From IMG/VR virus record IMGVR_UViG_3300044641_005242, positions 62,001 to 117,256 of that record: a DNA stretch of 55,256 nt. The stretch is one strand, 5' to 3'. Source of the stretch: an uncultured virus (IMG/VR IMGVR_UViG_3300044641_005242). Its lineage: Duplodnaviria > Heunggongvirae > Uroviricota > Caudoviricetes. The translations under genes and the position numbers were made by a program. Shown here in pieces: positions 20,676 through 30,033 of this stretch. The notes beneath the pieces are model-generated. The model had not been told where the DNA came from. It ran no database searches and saw only the letters and a program-made list of their open reading frames with translations. Position 1 is the first letter of the stretch. Each line of letters opens with the position of its first letter.

Positions 20676-21762
20676 TTATTTAATAGTTGGATCTGGATTA
20701 TTCGGAGCCACATTTGCTAATTTAGCTAAATCGGCTGGTAAATCGTGTTTAATACTTGAAAAAAGAAATCATATAGGAGGAAACATATATACTGAGAATA
20801 GAGATGGTATAAATATGCATATGTATGGTCCTCATACCTTTCATACATCAAATAAGGAAATATGGGATTATGTAAATAAGTTTGCTACTTTTAATAATTT
20901 CGTTAACAGACCAAAAGTAAAGTATGCAAATAAAATCTATTCTTTCCCTATTAACTTGTTTACTTTATACCAAATGTGGGGTGTGAGTACTCCAGAACAA
21001 GCCAGAGTCAAATTAGATAGTGTAAAAGTCAAAATAAATAACCCATCAAATTTAGAAGAATGGATATTGAGTCAAGTTGGTGAAGAGTTGTATCAAACAT
21101 TCATATATGGATATACTAAAAAACAATGGGGTACTGATCCCAGAGATTTACCGACGTTTATTATAAAGAGACTTCCTATTAGATTAACTTATGATGATAA
21201 CTACTTTAATGATTGTTATCAAGGAATACCTATAGGTGGATATACAAATTTAATAAAAAATATGATTCTGGATATTCCTATAGAACGAGATGTAGATTTT
21301 AATAAAGATAAAGATTATTGGATATCTAAAGCTAAATATATAGTTTATACAGGAGCCATTGACGAACTATTCAATTATAGTAATGGAACATTGGGTTATA
21401 GAAGTTTAAAATTTGAACATGAAAAATTGGATATAGAAGATTATCAAGGTAACGCTTTGGTAAACTATACAGAGGAACATATTCCATACACACGTATTAT
21501 CGAACACAAACATTTTGAAAATGTTAATGTTAGATCTACTATCATAACTAAAGAAATGCCTGATAGTTGGTCTATAGAAAAAGAGAAGTACTATCCAATA
21601 AACAACGATGTTAATAATAAGTTATACGAAACATACAATAATTTAACTAAAAAAGAATACCCAAATATGATATTGGGTGGTAGATTAGCTTGTTATAAAT
21701 ATTATGATATGCATCAAGTGATCGGTCAGTCTATGCACAAGTTTTTTGAACAATCTCATTAA
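20668..21762 (+). CDS. glf: UDP-galactopyranose mutase
   Basis: IVGSGLFGA, HIGGN, YGPHTFHT, YTKKQWG, YQGIP, YTRIIEHKHF, YYP, GRLACYKYYDMHQ. Confidence 0.97.
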   Translation: MYDYLIVGSGLFGATFANLAKSAGKSCLILEKRNHIGGNIYTENRDGINMHMYGPHTFHTSNKEIWDYVNKFATFNNFVNRPKVKYANKIYSFPINLFTLYQMWGVSTPEQARVKLDSVKVKINNPSNLEEWILSQVGEELYQTFIYGYTKKQWGTDPRDLPTFIIKRLPIRLTYDDNYFNDCYQGIPIGGYTNLIKNMILDIPIERDVDFNKDKDYWISKAKYIVYTGAIDELFNYSNGTLGYRSLKFEHEKLDIEDYQGNALVNYTEEHIPYTRIIEHKHFENVNVRSTIITKEMPDSWSIEKEKYYPINNDVNNKLYETYNNLTKKEYPNMILGGRLACYKYYDMHQVIGQSMHKFFEQSH

Positions 21763-22390
21763 CTTGATTAATTAAGTTATATTTTGATTCTTTTGTCACA
21801 GCACAATTTGCGTGATACATCAAAATGTCTTTTGTAATATTATGTAAACCAACAGATGTAGATAAAAAGGTTGGAGGCAATAAATCCCAATTCAAATTAA
21901 AATCGTTGGGGCTGTATAAAAATTTATTAATTATCATCTGTTCCCAGCCATTTGTTCTTTCTAATTCAACTCTAACTTTGTCAAAAAAGTTGTATGTTTT
22001 TTCATTGGCTTTGATAATATTAAATCCAAAATTAATATTTCCTCCTTGCCATTCGTGAATTCCTTCGAACAACTCTCTCAAAAATAAAACATCTTTATTT
22101 TCAATTAGTTCGTATAACTTAGGCATTACTGGTTTATAGAAAATAATATCGATATCTGAAAAGATGAAATGTTCATTATTAGGACTTTCTTTTATTATAT
22201 TCAGAATGTTATTTACCCGTGATTTCCACACATCTATACCACCGCCAAATTTAAGCGTTTGATCTGTGTTTTCATTAAATTCTGGGGTGTTTATTTCTAT
22301 TTTAATTAATTCAAATGGATCTTTAATGTTATCTACGAACATATTTTTCATATCAACAACCATCGAATCGTACATGTAGTAAAGTTTCAT
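21731..22390 (-). CDS. Nucleotide-diphospho-sugar transferase (GT77-like)
   Basis: FSDIDIIF, INFGF, EQMIIN, YHANC. Confidence 0.75.
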   Translation of the reverse strand: MKLYYMYDSMVVDMKNMFVDNIKDPFELIKIEINTPEFNENTDQTLKFGGGIDVWKSRVNNILNIIKESPNNEHFIFSDIDIIFYKPVMPKLYELIENKDVLFLRELFEGIHEWQGGNINFGFNIIKANEKTYNFFDKVRVELERTNGWEQMIINKFLYSPNDFNLNWDLLPPTFLSTSVGLHNITKDILMYHANCAVTKESKYNLINQVNEIVQKTCA

Positions 22391-23295
22391 ATATTTTTAA
22401 AGAAAGAAATTAACTGAGTTTTTGATTTATTAATAATATTGTTATATAACATTCGCCGTTCGTAATTTTTTCCAATAGGCCTAAAATTTTCGATATATTG
22501 TGTAAAATATTTTTCATCTATAAAAAATGACTTTCTAAGTTTATAGATGTTGGTTTTATTATCGGAACAATACATATACGACATATCTATTTTTTCTTGA
22601 GTTGGAATGAAATGTATTAAGTCTGGATCTAATTGTTCTCTGAATATTGGTATATCACTACATATCATTTCTGATCCAGTTGATAATCCTTCAAATAAAT
22701 AATGACCCCAACTTTCATATAGACTACAACATATATGTGTACGATGTATGTTCAGTATACGTTTTAATTGTTCATTTGATTGATACGAATTTATGTGATT
22801 TATATTAGATTGTGGTGTATATCGATTATATGGATCAATTAATGTGATGTTTACGTTCTGTTTTAAAATTAACTCTGTATTTTTCTGTATCGATCTGCCC
22901 ATAAAATGCAAATAGTCGTATTCTTTATTTAAAGAATCAACGTACATATCTTTTGATATAAATGGCAAATAAATCACATTTTTATTTTGCTTTAATAGAT
23001 TATATGCATATGTTGATTTACAAATAACATGGTCAAACAAATGAAGATTTGAAAGTTCACACTCTCCGGCCCATTCTTCATTTATATAAAATATGTTTTT
23101 TTTGAATAGATTTAATAAGTTGACATCAAAGTTTTGAATCCATATACCAACATCTACGTGTTTGATATCGCATTCATGTATAAATTTTATATCAACGTTG
23201 GTTGTAATATTTTCTCGTAATAAATCTGTTAATAGTACCGCGTCTGTAACAATTCCAACTTGATTATTAAAAGTTAAAACACTATAGGAAATCAT
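22387..23295 (-). CDS. GT4-like glycosyltransferase
   Basis: HFMGRSIQKNT, CSLYESWGHYLFEGLSTG, SDIP. Confidence 0.8.
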   Translation of the reverse strand: MISYSVLTFNNQVGIVTDAVLLTDLLRENITTNVDIKFIHECDIKHVDVGIWIQNFDVNLLNLFKKNIFYINEEWAGECELSNLHLFDHVICKSTYAYNLLKQNKNVIYLPFISKDMYVDSLNKEYDYLHFMGRSIQKNTELILKQNVNITLIDPYNRYTPQSNINHINSYQSNEQLKRILNIHRTHICCSLYESWGHYLFEGLSTGSEMICSDIPIFREQLDPDLIHFIPTQEKIDMSYMYCSDNKTNIYKLRKSFFIDEKYFTQYIENFRPIGKNYERRMLYNNIINKSKTQLISFFKNI

Positions 23296-23305
23296 ACTTA
23301 TAAAT

Positions 23306-23947
23306 ATGAAGCACGTTTTAAATAAATTGTTTCAACAAGTATTTGTAATCACAACTGGATTACCAAATGAAAGATACACACATTTTTATAATTATTTAAG
23401 AGATCAAAATATTAACTTTGATATTAGAGTTGCGGTTGATAAGAATTTTTTTGAAACACGATATGATGGGACGCATGAGATAAATCGAAGTGAACAAAGT
23501 TTGTCATCACAATATGCATCTATATTTTACGAATGTTATTATACCAATGTAGATTCATTTGTTGTGATAGAAGATGATAATGTTTTTTGTCAAGACTTTG
23601 AGGATCAATTTAATATATTTTTTAATAATGTTCCATCAGACTGGGATGTATTACATTTAGGAGATTATTTGTTGGATCAAAATATCAAGAAAGAAAAAAT
23701 TAATGATTATGTAGATAAAATCTATATAAAATATACAACCAATTGTATGATCTTTCGTAATAAAGAAAATTTTATTAAAATTGCAGAGTGTGCGATTAGG
23801 TCAAAATATCAAATTGATTTTGTACTTAATAGTTTATATAATAACAAAGAAATTAATTGTTACGCACCCAATCGTTCATTGACAAATCAGTTGTCATATA
23901 GAGTTGGCGTTGATAGTGAGAATAAATTTAAAAGTTTAATAAGATGA
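23306..23947 (+). CDS. GT25-like glycosyltransferase
   Basis: VFVIT, VIEDDNVF, VPSDWDVLHLG, QIDF. Paralog of 17911..18561. Confidence 0.8.
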   Translation: MKHVLNKLFQQVFVITTGLPNERYTHFYNYLRDQNINFDIRVAVDKNFFETRYDGTHEINRSEQSLSSQYASIFYECYYTNVDSFVVIEDDNVFCQDFEDQFNIFFNNVPSDWDVLHLGDYLLDQNIKKEKINDYVDKIYIKYTTNCMIFRNKENFIKIAECAIRSKYQIDFVLNSLYNNKEINCYAPNRSLTNQLSYRVGVDSENKFKSLIR

Positions 23948-24900
23948 AATTTTGTTTAGTGTCACCCGGTTTTATGGAAATCCCACCAAAGAGTTGGGGT
24001 GCTGTGGAAATTATTATATGGGATTATAAACATTATTTAACTAAACTTGGTCATGAAGTTAAAATTGTTAATTCTAATGATAAAAACGTCACATTGGATG
24101 AAATAAATAAGTTTAACCCAGATGTTTGTCATTGTCATTATGATATATACTATGATGTTTTAAATGAATGTAATGCAAAAATAAAGATTATGACTAGTCA
24201 TTGTGGATCTATAAGATCTAGTTTAGATAGCAATGATTATGATCGATGGTTTAAATCATGTATATTGCCTAGTTTGAATTCACAAAAGTTTTATAATTTT
24301 TGTTTAGATAAATTTATTTATGATTTATACATTAAAAATGGATTTGATCCAGACAGAACCAGAATCAATCCAAATGCTGCTAGATCAGATTTGATAAAAT
24401 TTAAAGATCAACCATTAACCAATGATAGTATGTGTCTGGGTCAGATTCAGAAAAGAAAGAGACAATATGTTCTTTCAAATTTAAATGTATTTTTTGTGGG
24501 TAATATCAATCCAGATAGTCCTATGCAAACAAATAAACGAATAATAGGCGAATGGACTAAAGATTACATTTATGATAATTTAACAGATAATGTGAATTTA
24601 ATATTGTTAAGTGACTCTGAGGCTGCTCCTTTGGTTGTATTAGAGGGATTGATGGCTGGTTTAGGGTTGGTCGTGTCTGAAAATAGCACTGCTAATTTAG
24701 ATTTGAATCAAAGTTTTATAGATATCGTTCCAGAGAAATATATCAATGATGAAGATTATCTTGATTACATAATAAATAAAAATAAACGTGTTTCTCTTAA
24801 AACTCGTAATTTAATAAGAGAGTATGCTGTCAAAAATCATTCATATGATGTGACGATACCAAATTATTTAAAAATGATAGAATCATTGAATATTATATAA
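23944..24900 (+). CDS. GT4 glycosyltransferase
   Basis: IPPKSWGAVE, RKRQ, LSDSEAAPLVVLEGLMAGL. Confidence 0.9.
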   Translation: MKFCLVSPGFMEIPPKSWGAVEIIIWDYKHYLTKLGHEVKIVNSNDKNVTLDEINKFNPDVCHCHYDIYYDVLNECNAKIKIMTSHCGSIRSSLDSNDYDRWFKSCILPSLNSQKFYNFCLDKFIYDLYIKNGFDPDRTRINPNAARSDLIKFKDQPLTNDSMCLGQIQKRKRQYVLSNLNVFFVGNINPDSPMQTNKRIIGEWTKDYIYDNLTDNVNLILLSDSEAAPLVVLEGLMAGLGLVVSENSTANLDLNQSFIDIVPEKYINDEDYLDYIINKNKRVSLKTRNLIREYAVKNHSYDVTIPNYLKMIESLNII

Positions 24901-24905
24901 TTTTT

Positions 24906-25562
24906 ATGGGTCATTTAAACGAGTTAGCAAAAAAATACAATACTGATAAGAACGATTTATTTCATAATTATTGCGATGAGTATGAGTTTTTTCTGGAAAA
25001 ATTAAGATATAACAATATAAAATTATTAGAAATCGGAGTTAGTACTGGAAATAGTATTAATATGTGGTTAGAGTATTTTCCAAACGCATCTATTTTTGGC
25101 ATAGATATTTCTAATTGTGGGTTTTCCATTAAAACAGATAGATTTATTTTTCGACAAGGAAATCAATCTGTCGTCGAAACATATGATGGAATTAATAATT
25201 TGGATATTATTATAGATGATGGATCTCATATAACCGAAGATCAGATGTTAACATTTGAAATATTATTTCCTCGTTTAAATTCGAATGGAGTTTATATTAT
25301 AGAAGATGTCAGTACTTCATATTGGGAAGAATATGGTTCTGAAAAATTAAGCTTTATTGATTATACAAAAAAATTCATAGATGAAATAAATTATAATGGT
25401 TTATATAATGAGGTATCTGTAAAATATCAAGGAGGATCATTAAGACATGCCAGATCGTCTGTTTACTTGGATGAGACTATGAAAATAAATGGGTTATCAA
25501 AAAAATTTGATATTAGATCTATATACTATGGTAATTCTTTTATAATAGTGTTTAAAAAATAA
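24906..25562 (+). CDS. Sugar O-methyltransferase (MycE-like class I SAM MTase)
   Basis: KYNTDK, HNY, LLEIGV, MWLEYFPNA, GNQS, DIIIDDGSH, GVYIIED. Confidence 0.88.
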   Translation: MGHLNELAKKYNTDKNDLFHNYCDEYEFFLEKLRYNNIKLLEIGVSTGNSINMWLEYFPNASIFGIDISNCGFSIKTDRFIFRQGNQSVVETYDGINNLDIIIDDGSHITEDQMLTFEILFPRLNSNGVYIIEDVSTSYWEEYGSEKLSFIDYTKKFIDEINYNGLYNEVSVKYQGGSLRHARSSVYLDETMKINGLSKKFDIRSIYYGNSFIIVFKK

Positions 25563-25569
25563 TAATATT

Positions 25570-26301
25570 TTAATTGTTTCTAACTCTGGAAGATATTTTA
25601 TCATGGAAGATTGGAACATTATTATAAACCTCACTATAATCATAGTTGTTTATGTATTTCATACCATGACATCCGTATAAAACATTAAACAAAACGTCAT
25701 TCCAACCCAGTTCGTAAAATAGATTTGAAATTATATGGTCATAATTTTTGTCTAAGAATTCAATTGTATTTCCATAACAATATATAAATGAATTTGTGTT
25801 TAAAAAATTTCCAGCACAAGATCCCCATTGTTCTAAATTTGAATTTGGAAAATTGTTTTTGATGTACGAAACAAATATATCGGGGAAAAAATTTCCTGGT
25901 TTTTTTCCTGTTAAATCAAAATCTTCTTCATTTATGTTAAATTTTTTATTGTAAATAATATCATCTTCACTGAATAAAATATACTCGGTGTTACATTTTT
26001 TTGCGAAATCATATATTCTTTTTAAGAAAACAAATGCTTCTTCTTTTGTCCATCCATATATGTGTTGACCTGATATTACTTTTGGGTTCAGTCGATCATA
26101 AATACCAACATTGAACGTGTCGTGTATGTATTCAACTTTAAATTTTTCCACTAAATCTGAGTGATCTATACCACCATCGCAAACTAGTCTTATGTGTACA
26201 TTTGGATATAAGTTTATTAACGACGTAAGACTTTGTATGGTCCACTCTTTATTATTATAAACTTGGTGATATACTGAGAAATTAAATTTCTGGTTCGTCA
26301 T
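25570..26301 (-). CDS. Putative GT-A glycosyltransferase
   Basis: LVCDGG, YILFSEDD, AGNFLNT, IFH. Similar to 4768..5667. Confidence 0.6.
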   Translation of the reverse strand: MTNQKFNFSVYHQVYNNKEWTIQSLTSLINLYPNVHIRLVCDGGIDHSDLVEKFKVEYIHDTFNVGIYDRLNPKVISGQHIYGWTKEEAFVFLKRIYDFAKKCNTEYILFSEDDIIYNKKFNINEEDFDLTGKKPGNFFPDIFVSYIKNNFPNSNLEQWGSCAGNFLNTNSFIYCYGNTIEFLDKNYDHIISNLFYELGWNDVLFNVLYGCHGMKYINNYDYSEVYNNVPIFHDKISSRVRNN

Positions 26302-26343
26302 ATTGATGAATAATTTTTTATAGTGGGTTTGTTGAAATTTTCA

Positions 26344-26351
26344 TATTTATA
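26344..26351 (+). promoter_or_regulatory. TATTTATA motif (candidate phage-specific/late promoter), representative copy
   Basis: Exact TATTTATA 5 nt before ATG 26357. The same motif precedes at least 8 other starts on their coding strand. Confidence 0.6.
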
Positions 26352-26356
26352 AGTAT

Positions 26357-26863
26357 ATGTCTAAATTACGAGAATTAGGAGATCTTGGCGACAGAATGAT
26401 GCAGGGACTACCTTATGGTCAGGGTGGTGCCATTGCTGGTGCTGTAGAACCAGGCGTTTTGGATACATTTAACAGTCCAGATGTAGTTCAAGATCTCAAT
26501 AAATTTGGTACTATGGTTGATAAATCCAACCTTACAGCCAAACAAACTCAAGCCAATATTTCTCCTTTTGCTCCTTATAATGGTAAAGATCCATGGGATT
26601 ATGTAAAAGATGTAGAACAAATCAAGTATAAGGTTACCCCAGATGAAATTATCATGGGTATTGATTATGAAATGAAGAAACTTGTACTAAAAGATAAACA
26701 AGTTGCCAAACAAAAGGTTGTTACCAATCTAAAGAAAGACCCTAAATACTATAGTAAACTCCATATGTTGGGTGTATACCCAGATGATAAAGAGGAAGCA
26801 TTAATGGAGATTATGACCACTTTAAAGGCTAGAAAGTACGCACAACAAAGAAGAGAGTATTAA
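26357..26863 (+). CDS. Hypothetical protein with degenerate DUF5661-like domain
   Basis: MGIDYEM...NLKKDPKYYSKL parallels GVQVEMEH...DHLTEDPEYYTKL in 27061..28281. Confidence 0.6.
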   Translation: MSKLRELGDLGDRMMQGLPYGQGGAIAGAVEPGVLDTFNSPDVVQDLNKFGTMVDKSNLTAKQTQANISPFAPYNGKDPWDYVKDVEQIKYKVTPDEIIMGIDYEMKKLVLKDKQVAKQKVVTNLKKDPKYYSKLHMLGVYPDDKEEALMEIMTTLKARKYAQQRREY

Positions 26864-26864
26864 T

Positions 26865-27068
26865 ATGGGTAATTTTGCTAATGATAAACCAACATATCGT
26901 AAACCAGAACCATTAAAGGGTGGTTGGAATTATATAGGTGATGGTAAATTCCATGATCCAAGTGTTGGTAGTCCAGCTATGAGAGGTCGTAGATGGATGA
27001 TTGATTATGGATATGGTAGTGGTAAAGGATTTGAAAAATTTCAACAAGGATTAAAGAAAAATGACTAA
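26865..27068 (+). CDS. Small Gly-rich hypothetical protein
   Basis: 67 aa, tightly packed between co-oriented genes. Confidence 0.6.
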   Translation: MGNFANDKPTYRKPEPLKGGWNYIGDGKFHDPSVGSPAMRGRRWMIDYGYGSGKGFEKFQQGLKKND

Positions 27069-28281
27069 TAATTTAATTAAAAAGCTTCCAGGCGGTGTTG
27101 GTGATAATACACCAAGCGATAAAATAGATCCAGCACAACTTAGTATTGGTGTACAAGTTGAAATGGAACACACCAATGATCCAGAAATTGCTAAAGAAAT
27201 TGCTATGGATCATTTAACCGAAGATCCTGAGTATTATACAAAATTAGTTAATGCGGGATTGGCTAAAGAATTTCAAGCAGGTACTGGTTCTGGTATTGGC
27301 GATCCAACTACTAGTTTAAATGATCCTGCTAGAATTGGTGCCGGCGGATTAAAAAAAGGAAATATGCACGGATCAATAGGCGGAACTTCTGATGGTCAAG
27401 TCGATGGTAGAAGAAGTGAACCCGTTTTAAACAAAACGGTTGATATTGAATTGGAAGAAAAGAAAGGTAAGAAGAGACCAAAACCAACAAATCCAGCATT
27501 ATGGGCTAGAGCCAAATCCGCAGCAAGAGCCAAATTTGATGTATATCCAAGTGCTTATGCCAATGGATGGGCTGCTAAATGGTACAAGAGCAAAGGTGGT
27601 GGTTGGAGAATGAGTGAAGATGTTGATGAAAGTGTTGTTGGTCAAGTATTTGATGGATCATCACCAACTGACGCTTCGTGTGATGGTGTTGGAACCTATG
27701 GAAGCGGATATGATTTTGTCGGATATGCAGAAAACAAAAAATCTATGAAAAAAGAACAATTAAGAAACATTATTAAAAATTTAATCAAAGAGTCAATTAA
27801 CGAAATTGAACAAGAAGCTGATCTCACTGATATGGAAACAGAAATGCCTGGTGATTCAACCGATGGTGGTGAAACCAAGACTCAAGATATCAAATTGACT
27901 TTGGATCGTGAAACAGCACAAAAACTTCATGATTTGTTGATGGCACAACTTGCCACTTCAAATGATACTGAAGGTGGTGTTGAACAACCAGTTGCGCAAG
28001 ATATGGATAATGATCAACTACCACCTAGTATGGAAGCTGGTCAAGAAGACAATCTTGGTGAAATTACATTCGAACAATCAAAGGAAATTGAAGAAACCAA
28101 AAAGAAGTGGATTCAAAATGCAATCAAGCCAGGCAAAAAAGGTGAGTTGCACAAACAATTGGGGGTACCACAAGATCAAAAAATTCCATCTGCAAAACTA
28201 GCTGCTGCAGCAAAGAAAGGTGGTAAAGTTGGTCAACGTGCAAGATTGGCAATGACACTTAGTAAGTTAAAGAAAAAGTAA
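27061..28281 (+). CDS. Modular putative head-internal protein (DUF5661-like, basic DUF5872-like, basic C-terminal module)
   Basis: GVQVEMEHT..IAMDHLTEDPEYY; PTNPALW..FDVYPSAYANGW..YKSKGGGW; KEQLRNIIKNLIKE; KWIQNAIK..GELHKQLGVP..QRARLA. Confidence 0.65.
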   Translation: MTNNLIKKLPGGVGDNTPSDKIDPAQLSIGVQVEMEHTNDPEIAKEIAMDHLTEDPEYYTKLVNAGLAKEFQAGTGSGIGDPTTSLNDPARIGAGGLKKGNMHGSIGGTSDGQVDGRRSEPVLNKTVDIELEEKKGKKRPKPTNPALWARAKSAARAKFDVYPSAYANGWAAKWYKSKGGGWRMSEDVDESVVGQVFDGSSPTDASCDGVGTYGSGYDFVGYAENKKSMKKEQLRNIIKNLIKESINEIEQEADLTDMETEMPGDSTDGGETKTQDIKLTLDRETAQKLHDLLMAQLATSNDTEGGVEQPVAQDMDNDQLPPSMEAGQEDNLGEITFEQSKEIEETKKKWIQNAIKPGKKGELHKQLGVPQDQKIPSAKLAAAAKKGGKVGQRARLAMTLSKLKKK

Positions 28282-28290
28282 TATAATTTT

Positions 28291-29754
28291 ATGCCTCTGT
28301 TCAAGATTAGACGTACAGGACAATTAGGGTTTTTCTCTGATAAAGCAAGACCCTCACCTGACATGTATAATGATAAGTCTTATTATTTCTTGCAAATAGT
28401 AGATCCTATCAATACTGATTGGGATATCGCTACATTACCACGTTATTATAAGTTTACTGGTGATCAAGCTAGATATTCCGCGTCTGAGTTGTTACCAATA
28501 CAAACCAAGGACTTGAAAAAGGCACAAAAGAATAATACGATGGACCAATTACTGGCTCCAGATTCTATTAATGAAAATGCAGAAATGGCTCAAAGTGATA
28601 TCACCAAACTAATTGATTATAGTGAAAAACTACAATCTATGTTTAGTGTAAATGATAATCTAGAAGATTGGGTCAAAGCTAAGTTAAATCATGCCGCTGA
28701 TTATGTAGCAACCATTCGTGATTACTTGAAATTTTATCGTGATGAAAAGGAAGCTGGTACTTCCGATGATCAGATAGATGAAAAGTGGTCAATGAACTAT
28801 AAGAAACGTATCAATTGTAGTAACCCAAAGGGTTTTAGTCAGAAAGCACATTGCAGAGCGAGAAAGTTAAGACAATCTGGCCACTCTACAAAAAGCAAAC
28901 AAGTAAGAGAAGTATATAAAGAAGTTACTTCTCAACTATTGAAAGAATTTGATAGTAGCATGGCTATGGGTGCTTTAAAGCAAATCAATAGTGATGCAAC
29001 AGAATTAGAAGGGATGTTGCAACCAAACTCTGAATTGGAGGATTGGGTAAAAGCTAAGTTGAACTTGGCTGGTGAATATTTGGATGATGTTTATCATCAT
29101 CTAGACCATTTTGGTCCACAAGGCAGAAAGTTTGACGAAGTTAAAATTGCACACGATCTTGAGGAGGGTTGGAAGGATTGGGTTGCTGCTGGAGCAATTG
29201 GTCTCGGTGCAATGTCTGGTAAATTAGACGCATCAAAGATAAATCCAGCAAATCAGACTGCTATAACTCAAACAGCTCAAAAATCTGTTGGATCTTTCAT
29301 CGATTATATCAAGAAGGTAGAAAATCAAGGTAAAGTCGGATATGATGCACAAAAGAAACTATGGTTTCCTCATAAAAGTTTTGAGGGTGGTAGTGATACA
29401 ATTGGATATGGTCATAAAATACAAAAAGGAGAAGACTTTAGAAAAGGTATAACAGATGCTCAAGCTGAATCTCTATTAAAGACAGATTTGGCAAAAGCAA
29501 AACAACAGGTTTATAAAGAGATTGGTGGTATTAAATTGACTCCTCAACAAGAAGAAATGTTTGTTGACTTTGTATTCAATATGGGTACATTGAAGAAATT
29601 TCCTAAGTTTACTGAATTTGCATTAAAAAATGACTTGGAAGGTATGAAGAGTCAGTATAAGAGATATGCTGGTGGTAAAGAATTAAAAGGTAGAAACTCA
29701 GAATTCTTGAAGAGATTCTTGGCTGAGTATTTTGGTTTCGATTACTACTTTTAA
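28291..29754 (+). CDS. Modular putative virion protein with C-terminal T4-type (GH24-like) lysozyme domain
   Basis: Two LEDWVKAKLN repeats; WSMNYKKRINCSNPKGFSQKAHC module; C-terminal KVEN..DTIGYGH..ITDAQAESLL..DFVFNMG. Confidence 0.8.
   Translation: MPLFKIRRTGQLGFFSDKARPSPDMYNDKSYYFLQIVDPINTDWDIATLPRYYKFTGDQARYSASELLPIQTKDLKKAQKNNTMDQLLAPDSINENAEMAQSDITKLIDYSEKLQSMFSVNDNLEDWVKAKLNHAADYVATIRDYLKFYRDEKEAGTSDDQIDEKWSMNYKKRINCSNPKGFSQKAHCRARKLRQSGHSTKSKQVREVYKEVTSQLLKEFDSSMAMGALKQINSDATELEGMLQPNSELEDWVKAKLNLAGEYLDDVYHHLDHFGPQGRKFDEVKIAHDLEEGWKDWVAAGAIGLGAMSGKLDASKINPANQTAITQTAQKSVGSFIDYIKKVENQGKVGYDAQKKLWFPHKSFEGGSDTIGYGHKIQKGEDFRKGITDAQAESLLKTDLAKAKQQVYKEIGGIKLTPQQEEMFVDFVFNMGTLKKFPKFTEFALKNDLEGMKSQYKRYAGGKELKGRNSEFLKRFLAEYFGFDYYF
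28660..29064 (+). repeat. Internal duplicated domain (LEDWVKAKLN) in 28291..29754
   Basis: ctagaagattgggtcaaagctaagttaaat (28660-28689) vs ttggaggattgggtaaaagctaagttgaac (29035-29064). Confidence 0.85.
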
Positions 29755-29755
29755 T

Positions 29756-30010
29756 ATGAATAGTTATCCATCATTTGACCCATATCAAATGTTGATGCGT
29801 CGTAAGCAGATGCAGGACAATCCACAAGATTTTCCTGTGATGGAATATGATCCTAGAGATGTTCAAGAACTAGAAGAGTTTTGTAGACAATATAATATAT
29901 TGGGATTTAATTTTGGTAAAATGAATCCCAAAGCAGCATTGAGTATGTTGAAGAAAAAAGTTGGTGTAGTTTCAGAACATAAGTCTAATAAAATAATGCT
30001 ACACGACTGA
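29756..30010 (+). CDS. Hypothetical protein
   Basis: ATG 29756 directly after the upstream stop; 84 aa. Confidence 0.65.
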   Translation: MNSYPSFDPYQMLMRRKQMQDNPQDFPVMEYDPRDVQELEEFCRQYNILGFNFGKMNPKAALSMLKKKVGVVSEHKSNKIMLHD

Positions 30011-30033
30011 TATTATATAGTTATAGTTGTTAT

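Noticed and set aside
19106..26301. Recombinase-driven invertible segments explaining the strand flips
   Set aside because: No flanking inverted repeats found by eye and no recombinase in the window.
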